DNA of 47,547 nucleotides. Source: Planctomycetota bacterium (GTDB lineage Bacteria > Planctomycetota > UBA1135). The notes beneath the pieces were generated by a model. It was not told the DNA's origin. It was given only the letters and a program-made list of their open reading frames with translations, and did not search any database. The translations under genes and the position numbers were made by a program. Below are positions 1-10,410 of the stretch, in pieces; the first letter of the stretch is position 1, and each line of letters opens with the position of its first letter. Where the stretch lies: contig JAPKEZ010000001.1 in NCBI GenBank assembly GCA_028821845.1, positions 1 to 47,547 on the forward strand, in the 5' to 3' direction.

Positions 1-1
1 T

Positions 2-151
2 TTACTAGTACGCTACAAAGACGCCAACGGGAAAACAGTGAGTGAGACTTTTTCAGTGCCAGGCACTTGCGAGACAATTTATAGCCTCGGTGAAGGTGCA
101 CACGATTTAGAAATAGACCCCGATGTGCAATTGTTGTTTATTCTAGAGTAA
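2..151 (+). CDS. 3' end of a CDS truncated by the window edge; product unknown
   Basis: Frame 2 is open from the window edge to TAA at 149-151 (..VRYKDANGKTVSETFSVPGTCETIYSLGEGAHDLEIDPDVQLLFILE*). It is too short for the ORF track and has no recognisable motif. Confidence 0.3.
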   Translation, partial: LLVRYKDANGKTVSETFSVPGTCETIYSLGEGAHDLEIDPDVQLLFILE

Positions 152-322
152 CTGTAATTGCGCTCAAGCGAAGAGGGTGCTGAACCAGAAATTTCGCAGT
201 GAGTAAATAAATGCCAATAATTCATTCCGGCAGGGTAATCTAGTGAATCGCTAATGAAAGTTTTGTAAATCTGATAGTTATTTATCTACCGCAAGTGGTC
301 GGGTGGCGTAGAATATTCGAGT

Positions 323-3184
323 ATGAAAATTAGCCTACCGATTATTTTTGTTTTTGCTGTTTTCGGTGCTTCGGCAAGCCTCTTTGCGCAAGACACTCGT
401 CCTGCGCACAGCGTAACTCCGTGGTCCCACGATAGCTCCGACCTCGAGGTTGACGGTCGTATTCACTATGGTTCTTTCAAGAACGGTATGCGCTTTGCGT
501 GGGCGGATTTGCCGAAGCCAGAAGATCGTGTTTACCTACGTTTGCATGTTGACGCTGGTTCGTTTGGTGAGACCGATAGTCAAGCTGGCATGGCGCACTT
601 CCTCGAGCACATGGCCTTTAATGGCAGTGATAATTTCGAGGCGGGCACTCTGATTGAGTGGTTTCAAGACCACGGCATGAGCTTTGGCGCCGATACAAAC
701 GCCCACACCTCTTTTTCAGAAACTGTTTATAAGCTCGACCTCCCAAACCGCGATGAAAAGACATTGCGTGAAGGCATGTTGGTGATGAGCGATTTTGCCA
801 GGGGTATGACAATCTCCGATAACGAAGTGCAGTCTGAGAAGGGTGTCATCGATGGCGAGCAGCGCGAACGAGATTCAGCTGGTTACCGTGTTTTGGTCGA
901 AGGCCTCGAGCGGCAATACAAAGGTACTTTGCTGGCGACAAGATTGCCGATTGGCACCAAGCCAGTGCGCGACGAATTTACTGGCGAATCTGTTCGCGAG
1001 TTTTACACCAAGTGGTATCGTCCTGAAAACATGACTATGGTTATCGTTGGCGATCTACGCGGATACAATCCAGAAGAGCTAATCGCTGAATTCTTCGAAG
1101 GATTCGCCGGCCCTGGTACTGCGGTTGATAACGAACCGGCAATGGGTAAGCCGAAGCAAGACGATTTGACTTTCTTGGTTAGTGATGCAGAAATTCCGTC
1201 ACTGCAACTTACAATCGCTAATTTAAAGCCGTATGTCCATCACAATGATACAGTTGCTCAGCGATCGAATGACATTGCTTTAATGGTAGCGCATTCAATG
1301 CTTGGCCAGCGCTTCTCCGAGGCAGTGAAGTTGCCAGAAACAAAATACCTGTCTGCGTCAGTGCGCACTGTTGACGGCATGAAAGTCTTTGAAGGTGGCG
1401 ATTTGTCGCTTATCTGCGCACCAGCCGATTGGCAAGATGCCACTACACAAGCTTATGTCGCTTTGCGAGTGGCATTAAACTTTGGTTTCCAAAATGTCGA
1501 GCTTAATGAAGTACGAGCAAACTTGCAGCGTTCGCTCACCGAGGCTGTGGCGCGCGAGGCTACGGCTCATAGTTCTGGATTGCGCGAAGCTATCTTGTTA
1601 GAAATAGAAGACGGCCAGGTGCCAACAGACGCGGCTTACGATTTAAAGATGTACAGCCCAGTTCTCGAGGCTTTAACTGTGGAAGATTGTCTCACTGCTT
1701 TGCGTAACAATTGGCGCGATGGTGTGTTGTCGATTACTGCTGCTGGCAACTTAGAATTAGAAGATGCTGCAAAGGATTTCTACCAAATTTATGCTGATGC
1801 GCGCAAAGTTGAGATTGAACGCCCAGTTGATAAAAACATTAAGCCTTTTGCCTACACATCTTCAGCGGATAATGCTGGTAAGGTCATGTCGCAAAATAAA
1901 ATTGAAGATCTTGATATGTGGGCTGTAGAGTTGTCGAACGGTGTTCGTCTAAACATCAAAAAGACCGATTTCAAGGCCAATCAAATATTGATTACCTCTC
2001 GCCTAGGCGAGGGCAGTTTGGCAGTGCCTAGTGGCAAAGAGATTGTCGCAGCTGTCGCAGGTTTCGCTTACAGCGGCGGTGGGTTAGCCGAACACAGCGT
2101 CGACGATATGCGCCGCTTGTTTGCTGGCAAAGAGGTGGGTACTGGTTTAGAGATTGGTGAAGATGCATTCGGCTTCTCTGGTCAAACAACCAGCGAAGAC
2201 TTGCTGTTGCAGTTCGAGCTAATGGTCGCCTCAATCGAGCACCCTGGCTACCGCAGCGACATGCTTGACATGATAAAGAAGCAGTTGCCATTGATTTACC
2301 AACAACTCGAGCACAGTACTCAAGGGCCGCTGGCCTTCGATTTCGTGCCCGCAGTACTTGAAGGCTATTTGCGCGGCTCCATTCTGGGCCTAGACTACAT
2401 GCCACCACGCGAAGAATTAGCTAGCGTAGATATGGTGCAGATAGAAGAGTTGCTTGCCCCTTTGCTCAAAGATGCTCCGCTTGAAGTAACGGTAGTCGGT
2501 GACGTCGACGTTACGCAAGTCATTGAATACGCGGCTCAAACTTTTGGCGCAATGCCTGATCGCCGCGCCGCTGTTGATATGTCGGAGGTCGCCACCGGCG
2601 TAAAGATTAAATCAGGTGTTATTCTCGAGCGCAGTATCGATACTGCTGACGAGAAGGGAAGTTTGCTGATGTTCTTCCCGACCAGCGATGGCTTCGATGA
2701 CGCACGCCGCCGTAACATCTCATTCTTGGGCCGAGTAGTTGACGATCGTTTACGCATCGAAGTTCGCGAGCGCCTAGGCGCAGCTTATTCTCCTGGAGCA
2801 GGTGGTCTGGCGTCAACAGTTTTTGAAGGTCTTGGGGCTGTTAAAATTCAGGCTGCTGGCAACCCGGCTGACATGCAAGTGCTTATCGATGCTTGTTTGG
2901 GCGTTGCTCAAGACTTGGCTGAAAACGGTATCACCCAAGGCGAGGTCGACCGTTTGGCCGAGCCGGTGCTTAATCAGGTTCGCGATGCAATGCGGACTAA
3001 CGGCTTCTGGTTATCAAACATTAACGCCGCGCAATCAGATGCAGAAGGCTTGCACAGCTTGCGTACTATCGAAGAATTTTACGCCAACATCTCAGTCGAA
3101 GATTTGTCGTCACTGGCCGCAGAATACTTGCAGCCAGCTAAGGCGAGCTACTTAGTGGTAACTCCTAATTCAGCAACAGAATAA
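323..3184 (+). CDS. secreted M16-family (pitrilysin/insulinase-like, PqqL-type) zinc metallopeptidase, two-unit 953 aa
   Basis: N-terminal signal peptide (MKISLPIIFVFAVFGASASLFA/QD). Inverted zinc motif HxxEH (HFLEH, nt 596-610) followed by MAFNGS. The length fits a tandem active/inactive M16 domain architecture. Confidence 0.9.
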   Translation: MKISLPIIFVFAVFGASASLFAQDTRPAHSVTPWSHDSSDLEVDGRIHYGSFKNGMRFAWADLPKPEDRVYLRLHVDAGSFGETDSQAGMAHFLEHMAFNGSDNFEAGTLIEWFQDHGMSFGADTNAHTSFSETVYKLDLPNRDEKTLREGMLVMSDFARGMTISDNEVQSEKGVIDGEQRERDSAGYRVLVEGLERQYKGTLLATRLPIGTKPVRDEFTGESVREFYTKWYRPENMTMVIVGDLRGYNPEELIAEFFEGFAGPGTAVDNEPAMGKPKQDDLTFLVSDAEIPSLQLTIANLKPYVHHNDTVAQRSNDIALMVAHSMLGQRFSEAVKLPETKYLSASVRTVDGMKVFEGGDLSLICAPADWQDATTQAYVALRVALNFGFQNVELNEVRANLQRSLTEAVAREATAHSSGLREAILLEIEDGQVPTDAAYDLKMYSPVLEALTVEDCLTALRNNWRDGVLSITAAGNLELEDAAKDFYQIYADARKVEIERPVDKNIKPFAYTSSADNAGKVMSQNKIEDLDMWAVELSNGVRLNIKKTDFKANQILITSRLGEGSLAVPSGKEIVAAVAGFAYSGGGLAEHSVDDMRRLFAGKEVGTGLEIGEDAFGFSGQTTSEDLLLQFELMVASIEHPGYRSDMLDMIKKQLPLIYQQLEHSTQGPLAFDFVPAVLEGYLRGSILGLDYMPPREELASVDMVQIEELLAPLLKDAPLEVTVVGDVDVTQVIEYAAQTFGAMPDRRAAVDMSEVATGVKIKSGVILERSIDTADEKGSLLMFFPTSDGFDDARRRNISFLGRVVDDRLRIEVRERLGAAYSPGAGGLASTVFEGLGAVKIQAAGNPADMQVLIDACLGVAQDLAENGITQGEVDRLAEPVLNQVRDAMRTNGFWLSNINAAQSDAEGLHSLRTIEEFYANISVEDLSSLAAEYLQPAKASYLVVTPNSATE

Positions 3185-3212
3185 GGGTAGTCTTTTTTCC
3201 ATAACTACTCTT

Positions 3213-3250
3213 GGGTCTAGAGTCCTTGGGTAACCAAGGCTTCTAGGCCC
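3213..3250 (+). terminator. strong hairpin downstream of the M16 gene, possible terminator without a U-tract
   Basis: GGGTCTAGAGTCCTTGG-GTAA-CCAAGGCTTCTAGGCCC forms a 17-position stem with 1 mismatch and 2 G.U pairs. No T-run follows it. Confidence 0.35.
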
Positions 3251-3350
3251 GTTGCAATTATGTCACTGCTTTGGACAGCCTGCTCGTGGTTAAGGTTTAG
3301 CGCAAAGAGCCGAACTATTTTCTATATTAGGTTCTATGGCATGTTAGAAT

Positions 3351-5222
3351 TTGCGCATGATTACTTTCATCATGTCGCTTACTTGTAGCTTACAGATGCT
3401 TGGGGCGTCACCTCAATCACAAGAACTGAGTTACTCGCAACTTCTCAAACAAACGTACGATTTACGCCACCTTTGCGAGTTGCCAGCTGCCGACGAGCGT
3501 AGCGAGCAGTTGCGCCTGATTGTTGAAGACGGCCAACTTGAATATGAGATTGTTGGCCCAGCTGTTGTGACCCGTCTTTTCATCGATGCTGCAGCGGGCA
3601 AGATAAATCTTGACTTTGCTGAAAACAGCCTTGTTATTGATTTGTCTGACACTAGTAAATTGGCAACAGCGCCATTAGTGGCTGACTATGGTAATGCAAC
3701 TTCAATCACGTTGCCACTGACGGTAGCGGCAAACGCTACTTTGCGAGTAAAGTCTTCTGCGGCAAGCTATGTTGAATTAGATGTCTGGTATCCAGGGCTC
3801 TCGTTCTCTCTGCCAGACAGCAGCAGTAAATTTTTGCGCAGCCAACGCGATGCGATAAAGAGAACAATTGAAGTATTCGTGCTAAATCAGCACCCAGTTA
3901 CTAGCCTAAGCCCCAACCCTAAAAAAATTGGTGCAGCTTATTTTCGTTCTAAAGATTTGCCGCCATCCACCACTAATGGCGAGTTCCGTTGGTTGATTCG
4001 TGGCTCAGGGATTGTACGCTGGTTCGAGCTAGAATTTGTGCATAAAGTAGCGCCTGCTGATGCAGTAGAATTATTACGTTCTTTAGTGTTAAGGATCGAG
4101 CACGGTTGTGAGTCTATCGATGACGAAGGCACCACTGTCGCCGAAATACCTCTTGGAGACTTCTTCGCTGCCTATCGCGATGCCTCCGCGAACAACAATT
4201 ATTTTTTAGGATATAACGAGCAATCGCAAAAATTTTATTGTCGACTGCCAATTACGTTTAAGAAAAACTTGCGCTTAACCATCGCCAGCGACATCGTCGG
4301 AATGTCACGATTGGCGATGGTAGCAGGGATAGACAAGATGTCGCCAGACACTGTGCCGGCACTGACGCTGCGTTCTAATTTTGTGCGCGCAGTTGGCAGT
4401 GGCTCTGCAGAATCAGCGCAATTGAATGTAGAGGGTGCAGCTCGCTTAGTCGCATCGATGTTTTCATTTACATCTCCGAGCAGCTCTCAAGTAATTCAAG
4501 ATCAAGATTTCAGCTTTGCCTCCGCAAGTCACTTTCCTGACTTAACTCACGGCGAACAAATATTGCGCCGCGAGGGTCCAGGTGTATTTGGTAATAACAG
4601 TTTTATGCGTTGGTATCTGAACGCGGCTCCGTTGTCAGCGACTGAGCTTTCATACAATCCTAACCTTAAACTGGCAGACGATGAAAAGACAAATTATTGT
4701 CTAAGCACTTGGTGGTTCGGTAGCCTTGATGCTCAGGTTGCTGGCGCAGTCACTTACCCGCACGCCCAGCGCTTGCATGACGCAAACCCACGGCCTAGTT
4801 TCTTTATTTTTGAGGGTGCGTATGAAGCAGAGCACGTGGCTAAGCCACGCATGTCACCAGGCTCGACAATCGAAGTTGTGCAGGTAGACTCTTCCCGTGA
4901 GGTAAGCAGTCTTCAATTCACGAAATGGATGCCATCCGCGTTGATGCAGGCTATTCTGTTTGACTACAGCATCGCCGAGTCTGGTAAATATGGCTTCGAA
5001 GTGCAGTTGATGACCGGCCCAGAGTTCGGCAAAGTGCAAGTATTGATTGATGGCGCGGCCACTGGAGAAGTGGTTGATTGTAATTCCGATGATGTTGGCA
5101 CTAGTGGCTTGATCGAAATAGGAACAGTACGCATGATGGCACGCGATTCACATGCTATAGGTTTCCGTAGTGTCGACGAAAAAGCAGTTGGTATCGACTG
5201 TTACGTAATTAAAAAACTGTAA
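3351..5222 (+). CDS. hypothetical, probably exported protein (623 aa), no confident family assignment
   Basis: Long uninterrupted ORF with a hydrophobic N-terminus. The track start is TTG at 3351, and ATG at 3357 is equally possible. The stop lies 4 nt before the M32 gene start. Confidence 0.7.
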   Translation: MRMITFIMSLTCSLQMLGASPQSQELSYSQLLKQTYDLRHLCELPAADERSEQLRLIVEDGQLEYEIVGPAVVTRLFIDAAAGKINLDFAENSLVIDLSDTSKLATAPLVADYGNATSITLPLTVAANATLRVKSSAASYVELDVWYPGLSFSLPDSSSKFLRSQRDAIKRTIEVFVLNQHPVTSLSPNPKKIGAAYFRSKDLPPSTTNGEFRWLIRGSGIVRWFELEFVHKVAPADAVELLRSLVLRIEHGCESIDDEGTTVAEIPLGDFFAAYRDASANNNYFLGYNEQSQKFYCRLPITFKKNLRLTIASDIVGMSRLAMVAGIDKMSPDTVPALTLRSNFVRAVGSGSAESAQLNVEGAARLVASMFSFTSPSSSQVIQDQDFSFASASHFPDLTHGEQILRREGPGVFGNNSFMRWYLNAAPLSATELSYNPNLKLADDEKTNYCLSTWWFGSLDAQVAGAVTYPHAQRLHDANPRPSFFIFEGAYEAEHVAKPRMSPGSTIEVVQVDSSREVSSLQFTKWMPSALMQAILFDYSIAESGKYGFEVQLMTGPEFGKVQVLIDGAATGEVVDCNSDDVGTSGLIEIGTVRMMARDSHAIGFRSVDEKAVGIDCYVIKKL

Positions 5223-5226
5223 TAAG

Positions 5227-6717
5227 ATGACTAGTGCATACCAAAAAATGCTCGCACTGTGGGGCGAGGTGTCTGATCTAGAGGATGCTACGTCGGTTCT
5301 CAGATGGGATCAAGAAACATATATGCCAGCGAAAGGTGCTACTGCCCGCGGTAAAATTATTTCCACTTTGACAGGCGTGCGGCACGCCAAATTGAATGCG
5401 CCTGAATTGCGCGCGGCTATCGAAGGCGCGTTGATAGAAGCTGAAGATGGTAGTGTTGAACACGCACAAGTTTTACGTGCACAGAAAAAAGTTAATGAAG
5501 CGAATTGTATTCCTGTTGACCTGGCAACAGCGATTGCCGAAGCCGAATCAAACGGTTTGGTGGCGTGGCAGAATGCGCGCAAAGAATCTGATTTCTCGCT
5601 GTTCGAATCGCAGTTGACTGAATTGGTTGAGCTTAACCGCGAAAAAGCAGCTGCTTTAAATCCAGATTCTCCGGCTTACGATGTAATGCTTAACCTTTAC
5701 GAAGAGGGCGTTACCGAAGCGCAGTTAGTACCAATTTTCGATGAATTGCGAGGCGAATTGGCGCCATTGATTAAAGCAGCTAACGCTGCCGCGCCTGTTG
5801 ATGAGTCATGCGCAATGGGAAATTTCCCCGCCGAGGCGCAACGTGATTTTGCGATGTTGATTGCAAGTAAAATGGGATACGACACCGAAGCCGGGCGTTT
5901 AGATAAGACGACGCATCCGTTTTGTACAACTTTTGGCGCCGGTGATGTGCGGATTACTTGGCGTTGGCTTGATGATGATTTCCGTTCTGGTTTGAGCGGG
6001 GTGATGCATGAAGCCGGACATGCTTTGTATGAGCAAGGTTTCTCGAGTGATTTAGCGCGCACACCGTTGTTTAATGCGACTGGTTTGGGCATGCACGAAT
6101 CACAATCACGGATGTGGGAAAACATGGTTGGCCGTAGTGCAGGATTCTGGGAGTGGGCTATGCCACATTTCCGAACAGCTTTCCCTGAGCAGGCGCACTG
6201 TTCAGTTGAGCAGATGGTGAAGGCGCAGAATACTAGCCGTCCATCTCTGATTCGTGTTGAGGCTGACGAGGCTACATATAACTTACATGTGGCGGTGCGT
6301 TTCGAGATCGAGCGCAAGTTGTTCTCTAATCAAGTCGAGGTTGGCGATTTACCCGAGTTGTGGGATAACACGTACCGAGAGTTGCTCGGGGTTAACGCCG
6401 ATAATGTGGCTGACGGGGTGTTGCAAGACATTCACTGGGCGATGGGTGCTTTCGGGTACTTTCCTACTTACTCTTTGGGCAACATAATTTGTGCGCAGCT
6501 CTACCAGGCTGCCGAGGCCGAGTTGGGTGACCTGCAGGCGTCTTTTGCTAAAGGTGAATTCGCACCGTTATTAGGCTGGTTGCGCAGCAATATCCACCAA
6601 CATGGGAATCGCTATTCGACCTTCGAATTGCTAAAGCGTGCCACCGGCGAAGAACTCTGCGCGGGTCCGTTATTAAAACACCTAAAAGACCGCGTCTCTT
6701 CGGCTTATGGCTTGTAG
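5227..6717 (+). CDS. M32 carboxypeptidase Taq-type metallopeptidase
   Basis: HEXXH zinc motif (HEAGHALYEQG), HPF (TTHPFCT), HESQSR, IRVEADE and DIHW...GYFPTYSLGN motifs, all in the order typical of family M32. Length ~500 aa. Confidence 0.92.
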   Translation: MTSAYQKMLALWGEVSDLEDATSVLRWDQETYMPAKGATARGKIISTLTGVRHAKLNAPELRAAIEGALIEAEDGSVEHAQVLRAQKKVNEANCIPVDLATAIAEAESNGLVAWQNARKESDFSLFESQLTELVELNREKAAALNPDSPAYDVMLNLYEEGVTEAQLVPIFDELRGELAPLIKAANAAAPVDESCAMGNFPAEAQRDFAMLIASKMGYDTEAGRLDKTTHPFCTTFGAGDVRITWRWLDDDFRSGLSGVMHEAGHALYEQGFSSDLARTPLFNATGLGMHESQSRMWENMVGRSAGFWEWAMPHFRTAFPEQAHCSVEQMVKAQNTSRPSLIRVEADEATYNLHVAVRFEIERKLFSNQVEVGDLPELWDNTYRELLGVNADNVADGVLQDIHWAMGAFGYFPTYSLGNIICAQLYQAAEAELGDLQASFAKGEFAPLLGWLRSNIHQHGNRYSTFELLKRATGEELCAGPLLKHLKDRVSSAYGL

Positions 6718-6756
6718 AGGCTAGTTGTGCAGCAAGGCTCGCACTCTACTAAATAC

Positions 6757-7575
6757 TTATTTCCAGGCCACTAAATAAGCTACCCAAGACTCTTCGTTTT
6801 CAGCAGCCGTTTCGAGCGTGTAGTTGCCATCACCTTCTCCGTCTTCGTCGGTGCCTTCCCAATGAGTGTCAGTAGACTGGAAACCGGCATCAGCCATGAT
6901 GTCGCGCAATTCAGATAAAGACCACAGCCGCCAATCATAAGTAAATGCTTTTTCAAGCTTGGTGCCATCATTAAAATTGTAATGGATATAGCATTTGATG
7001 TCGTTGGTAATGGCGCACATATTTTCTTGCTCCCACACATAATTAAATCCGTCCTCTTCACGCTCTTCTTCGCACTCCGATTGACTGCTGGGGCCGCCCA
7101 TTAGATCAATCGCGAACATGCCGTCATCCTTTAAAATTGCATGAACTTTTTTGAAGTAGTCAACCATCAAGCCGCGATCTTTAAAGCACCAGTAAGAAAA
7201 ATTGAATGCCGTGAGCACATCAACCGCCGGGGTCTCTACATCAAGCACATTCGCTTCAACTTGTGTGACGCGCGGCTGCTCTTGAGGGTTAAGCTTGTCC
7301 AGGTGTTGCTCTTTGCCCCAAGCAAGCGGCTCGGGGTCTAGATCAACGGACCACGCCTGAGAGTCGCGATGACGTTGCACCCACATTGCTGATAACAATG
7401 ATGTGCCAGCAAAATCTTCCCTCAATAGCAGCGGACGGCATCCGCGTTTTGTTTTATAGGTGTCGACTAAGAAATTGTGATCGGCGTCCGGGTCATAAAC
7501 CGAGGCTTCATACAACGCATATCGGTTAGCAGTTGCTGCTGTAACTTTTTCTTTCTTCGTGCGGGTAGTCGACAT
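6757..7575 (-). CDS. class I SAM-dependent methyltransferase
   Basis: Motif I-like LREDFAGTS, post-I acidic VDLD, and motif IV-like region (VLTAFNFSY). Rossmann-like spacing. Substrate unknown. Confidence 0.7.
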   Translation of the reverse strand: MSTTRTKKEKVTAATANRYALYEASVYDPDADHNFLVDTYKTKRGCRPLLLREDFAGTSLLSAMWVQRHRDSQAWSVDLDPEPLAWGKEQHLDKLNPQEQPRVTQVEANVLDVETPAVDVLTAFNFSYWCFKDRGLMVDYFKKVHAILKDDGMFAIDLMGGPSSQSECEEEREEDGFNYVWEQENMCAITNDIKCYIHYNFNDGTKLEKAFTYDWRLWSLSELRDIMADAGFQSTDTHWEGTDEDGEGDGNYTLETAAENEESWVAYLVAWK

Positions 7576-7580
7576 ATAGC

Positions 7581-8435
7581 TTAAGATTTTAAGTCATTCA
7601 GCACCAATTTGTCCCACATTTTGTCGCTCAATAAAAATCTGCGGAAAAACATAAGTAACTTGGCATCTCGGCCGACAGCATAGCGAGTACGCGGACGCCT
7701 TGCGGTAAGAGCGGCATAAATAGCTTTGGCGCATAACACCGGCGATGCGCCATTTAGCTCAGCACCACTTACTGATTTGGCTACGGCATCCATAAGCTTT
7801 TTATAGGGCGCTAATTTCTCTGCCGGCATGCGCTGCAACAATGCGTCGGCGGTACTACGCGAACTCTGCCAAATCGGAGTAGCGATGCGTCCTGGCTCAA
7901 TGATGCTGACTTTTATACCGCCGCTCTTTAATTCTAGGCGCAATGTATCACTGATTGCTTCGACTGCGTGCTTCGAGGCGTGGTAAGCACCTAATCCAGG
8001 AAATGAAACCTTGCCCGCCATTGACGACACATTCACCAGGCGTGAACCGGGTCGCATCAAAGGAATAAACGCCTGAGTGATACGTAACAAACCGGTGACG
8101 TTGACATCTATCTGCTGTTCAAAGGCGTCTATTGGAATAATTGCGAGCGGGGCGGCCACCGCAATGCCAGCGTTGTTTACCAAGCCGTGAATGCCTTCAG
8201 GATGCTCACGCGCAACCTGTTCGGCGGCCGCGGAAATTTGTGCGGCGTCACATACATCTAGCATAAGCGGGTGTACGCCCTCAATGCCGGACCACTTGTC
8301 AAAGTCACTTTGCTTGCGCACACCCGCATAAACGGTAATGCCCCGGCCAGCGAGGTCCATGCAGGTAGTGTGACCGATGCCAGTCGAGGCACCGGTGACG
8401 ACAACCGGAGAAGAGTTAGGTATATTTTCTTTCAT
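7581..8435 (-). CDS. SDR-family (short-chain dehydrogenase/reductase) oxidoreductase
   Basis: TGASTGIGH cofactor motif, NNAG, and catalytic YHASKHAVE (YxxxK). Confidence 0.9.
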   Translation of the reverse strand: MKENIPNSSPVVVTGASTGIGHTTCMDLAGRGITVYAGVRKQSDFDKWSGIEGVHPLMLDVCDAAQISAAAEQVAREHPEGIHGLVNNAGIAVAAPLAIIPIDAFEQQIDVNVTGLLRITQAFIPLMRPGSRLVNVSSMAGKVSFPGLGAYHASKHAVEAISDTLRLELKSGGIKVSIIEPGRIATPIWQSSRSTADALLQRMPAEKLAPYKKLMDAVAKSVSGAELNGASPVLCAKAIYAALTARRPRTRYAVGRDAKLLMFFRRFLLSDKMWDKLVLNDLKS

Positions 8436-8467
8436 AAGGCTCTGGCTATTTTAGAATATCCGCCACT

Positions 8468-9403
8468 ATGGTTTACAACGTCGCAATCATCGGTTCCGGT
8501 CCAGCAGGTTACACTGCTGCCATCTACAATTCTCGTGCTGGTCTCAAGCCACTGCAATTCGAGGGTATGCAGCCTGGTGGTCAGCTGACTATCACTACCG
8601 ATGTCGAGAACTATCCAGGTTTTCCAGATGGCGTGATGGGTCCTGAGCTGATGGCTGATTTCCGTAAGCAAGCCGAGAAATTCGGCACGGAGTTCATTGA
8701 ATTCAAGAATATAAAATCTATTGACACTTCCAATCGCCCCTTTGTTCTCGAAGATGACTTCGGCACGACCTACGAAGCGCACACCGTGATATTGGCAACC
8801 GGCGCACGCGCAAAGTTGTTAGGTCTCGATCGCGAGTCCGAACTGATGGGCTTTGGCGTTTCTGCTTGTGCGACTTGTGACGGCGCATTTTTTGTCGACA
8901 AAGAACTCATTATCGTCGGAGCTGGAGACACCGCCATGGAGGAAGCGACATATCTAACACGCTTCGCTTCAAAAGTGACCGTGATTCACCGTCACGATGT
9001 GTTCCGCGCTTCGAAAGTAATGGAAGACCGCGCTCGGGCCAATGAGAAGATAGAATGGAAACTGTGGCGTCAAGTGTCAGAAATATATACTGGTGAAAAC
9101 GGCAAATTGTCTGGTGTAAAATTAGAAAACACCAAGGACGGAAGTTTCGAAGATCTAATATGCGAGGGTATGTTCGTTGCGATTGGTCACAAACCTAATA
9201 CTGAGTTCTTAGGTGACGAATTCGACAAAGACGCCGTAGGTTACCTTAAAGTAACTAATGGCACCCGCACCTCCGTAGAAGGAGTCTTTGCCGCCGGAGA
9301 CGTTCACGACCCTATTTACCGTCAGGCAGTTACTGCCGCAGGTATGGGCTGTGCCGCCGCTCTAGATGCGCAAAATTACTTGACCGAAGAAGGCCTGGCC
9401 TAA
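8468..9403 (+). CDS. trxB: thioredoxin-disulfide reductase
   Basis: GSGPAGYTAA FAD motif, redox-active CATCDG, GAGDTAMEEA NADPH motif, and C-terminal GDV..D FAD motif. 311 aa. Confidence 0.95.
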   Translation: MVYNVAIIGSGPAGYTAAIYNSRAGLKPLQFEGMQPGGQLTITTDVENYPGFPDGVMGPELMADFRKQAEKFGTEFIEFKNIKSIDTSNRPFVLEDDFGTTYEAHTVILATGARAKLLGLDRESELMGFGVSACATCDGAFFVDKELIIVGAGDTAMEEATYLTRFASKVTVIHRHDVFRASKVMEDRARANEKIEWKLWRQVSEIYTGENGKLSGVKLENTKDGSFEDLICEGMFVAIGHKPNTEFLGDEFDKDAVGYLKVTNGTRTSVEGVFAAGDVHDPIYRQAVTAAGMGCAAALDAQNYLTEEGLA

Positions 9404-9405
9404 CT

Positions 9406-10410
9406 TTAGTTCGCGCCTTTAGTAAGCGTAAGCAATAAGCGGTCCCATGCCAATGACTCGGCACTGAGGCCATGCTTGAAACGCACTTTCTCTTCGAGCT
9501 TGCGCGTGGTTAGCATCGCAGCCTGCGGATCTTCTAAAATAGACCGCACTAAACGACGCATCTCTTTGCCGAATCTAAAGCAGTTTTCTTTGCCAAGTAG
9601 CTCGCGGTGCGGCGCAATTTCACTGCCAAGAGCAGGACGTCCTGCTGCAATGCACTCAAGTAAGGCATTCGGTGCACCGCCTTCAGAGTGACTTGAACTT
9701 ACCGCGATTTTACTCGCGTTAATTACTGCCGATAATTCGATACGACTCAGGTTGCCTAGATAATGCGCCCAACCGTGCTTCGCCAATTCAATGTGAAACT
9801 CTTTAGAATACTTGCCACCGAAATCATGTCCGGCAAAACAGACCACCAGTTGTGGCCGTTCATTTGCCAACGCTGCCATCTCGTAGAGAGTCTCGCTAAC
9901 ATTCTTTATCGCCCGTATGCCGTTTGGGACGATTACCAATTCACTTTCATTGGTCAGCGCTGGCATGCCTTCTGGCAAGTCACCTCTAGTGGATCGTGGC
10001 AAAGATAAAACGGCCTGTGGGATAATGGTAGTTTTACCGCGTGCGCACTCAAACAAATCTTTGGCGCGCCGCCCTGGACCAGAACCCAAGCTAATGCAAT
10101 GTTCTGCTGCGTCAACCGCTGCGTTTACATGTGCAGGCGGCTTGCCATTTAAGTCAGTGCCAGTAAACAGTACCACGTATTGCGAATTGTTTTCTACGCA
10201 CCAAGCCTGAACAAGCGGCGCGGTGTCAATGGCATGACAAGCAATAAGCAAATCAAACTTTTCGCTGATATCGTTTAGAGCATTGATGTCAATGACTGTA
10301 ACTTGATGCTTGCGCGCCCTTAGGCCGTCAGCCAAACGTCTTGCAGTCGTAGTATTGCCCCGCGAGGCATTTACAGCGCACGGCAGCACAACAAGTAATT
10401 TTAATTTCAT
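9406..10410 (-). CDS. GT-B fold glycosyltransferase (GT4/GT1-like)
   Basis: C-terminal SSSHSEGGAPNALLECIAAGRPALGSEI resembles the GT4 EX7E region. The ATG directly abuts the rho stop codon (10411-10413). Confidence 0.7.
   Translation of the reverse strand: MKLKLLVVLPCAVNASRGNTTTARRLADGLRARKHQVTVIDINALNDISEKFDLLIACHAIDTAPLVQAWCVENNSQYVVLFTGTDLNGKPPAHVNAAVDAAEHCISLGSGPGRRAKDLFECARGKTTIIPQAVLSLPRSTRGDLPEGMPALTNESELVIVPNGIRAIKNVSETLYEMAALANERPQLVVCFAGHDFGGKYSKEFHIELAKHGWAHYLGNLSRIELSAVINASKIAVSSSHSEGGAPNALLECIAAGRPALGSEIAPHRELLGKENCFRFGKEMRRLVRSILEDPQAAMLTTRKLEEKVRFKHGLSAESLAWDRLLLTLTKGAN

Noticed and set aside
3351-5222. Assignment of the 623-aa protein to DUF2961/GH172
   Set aside because: Only two short strings (PLGDFF, WWFG) resemble what I recall of that family. 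Other hallmark motifs (GEGDE, GTEDYF-type) are not visible, so the protein is left as hypothetical.
5697-6317. 206-aa minus-strand ORF inside the M32 carboxypeptidase gene
   Set aside because: It is fully antisense to a gene with unambiguous catalytic motifs. Its Ser/Ala/Cys/Arg-rich composition is typical of antisense frames. The same reasoning applies to 37835-38293 (antisense to thrB), 22532-22909 (antisense to gcvT), 26637-27083, 2028-2408 and the other short track ORFs nested in long genes.
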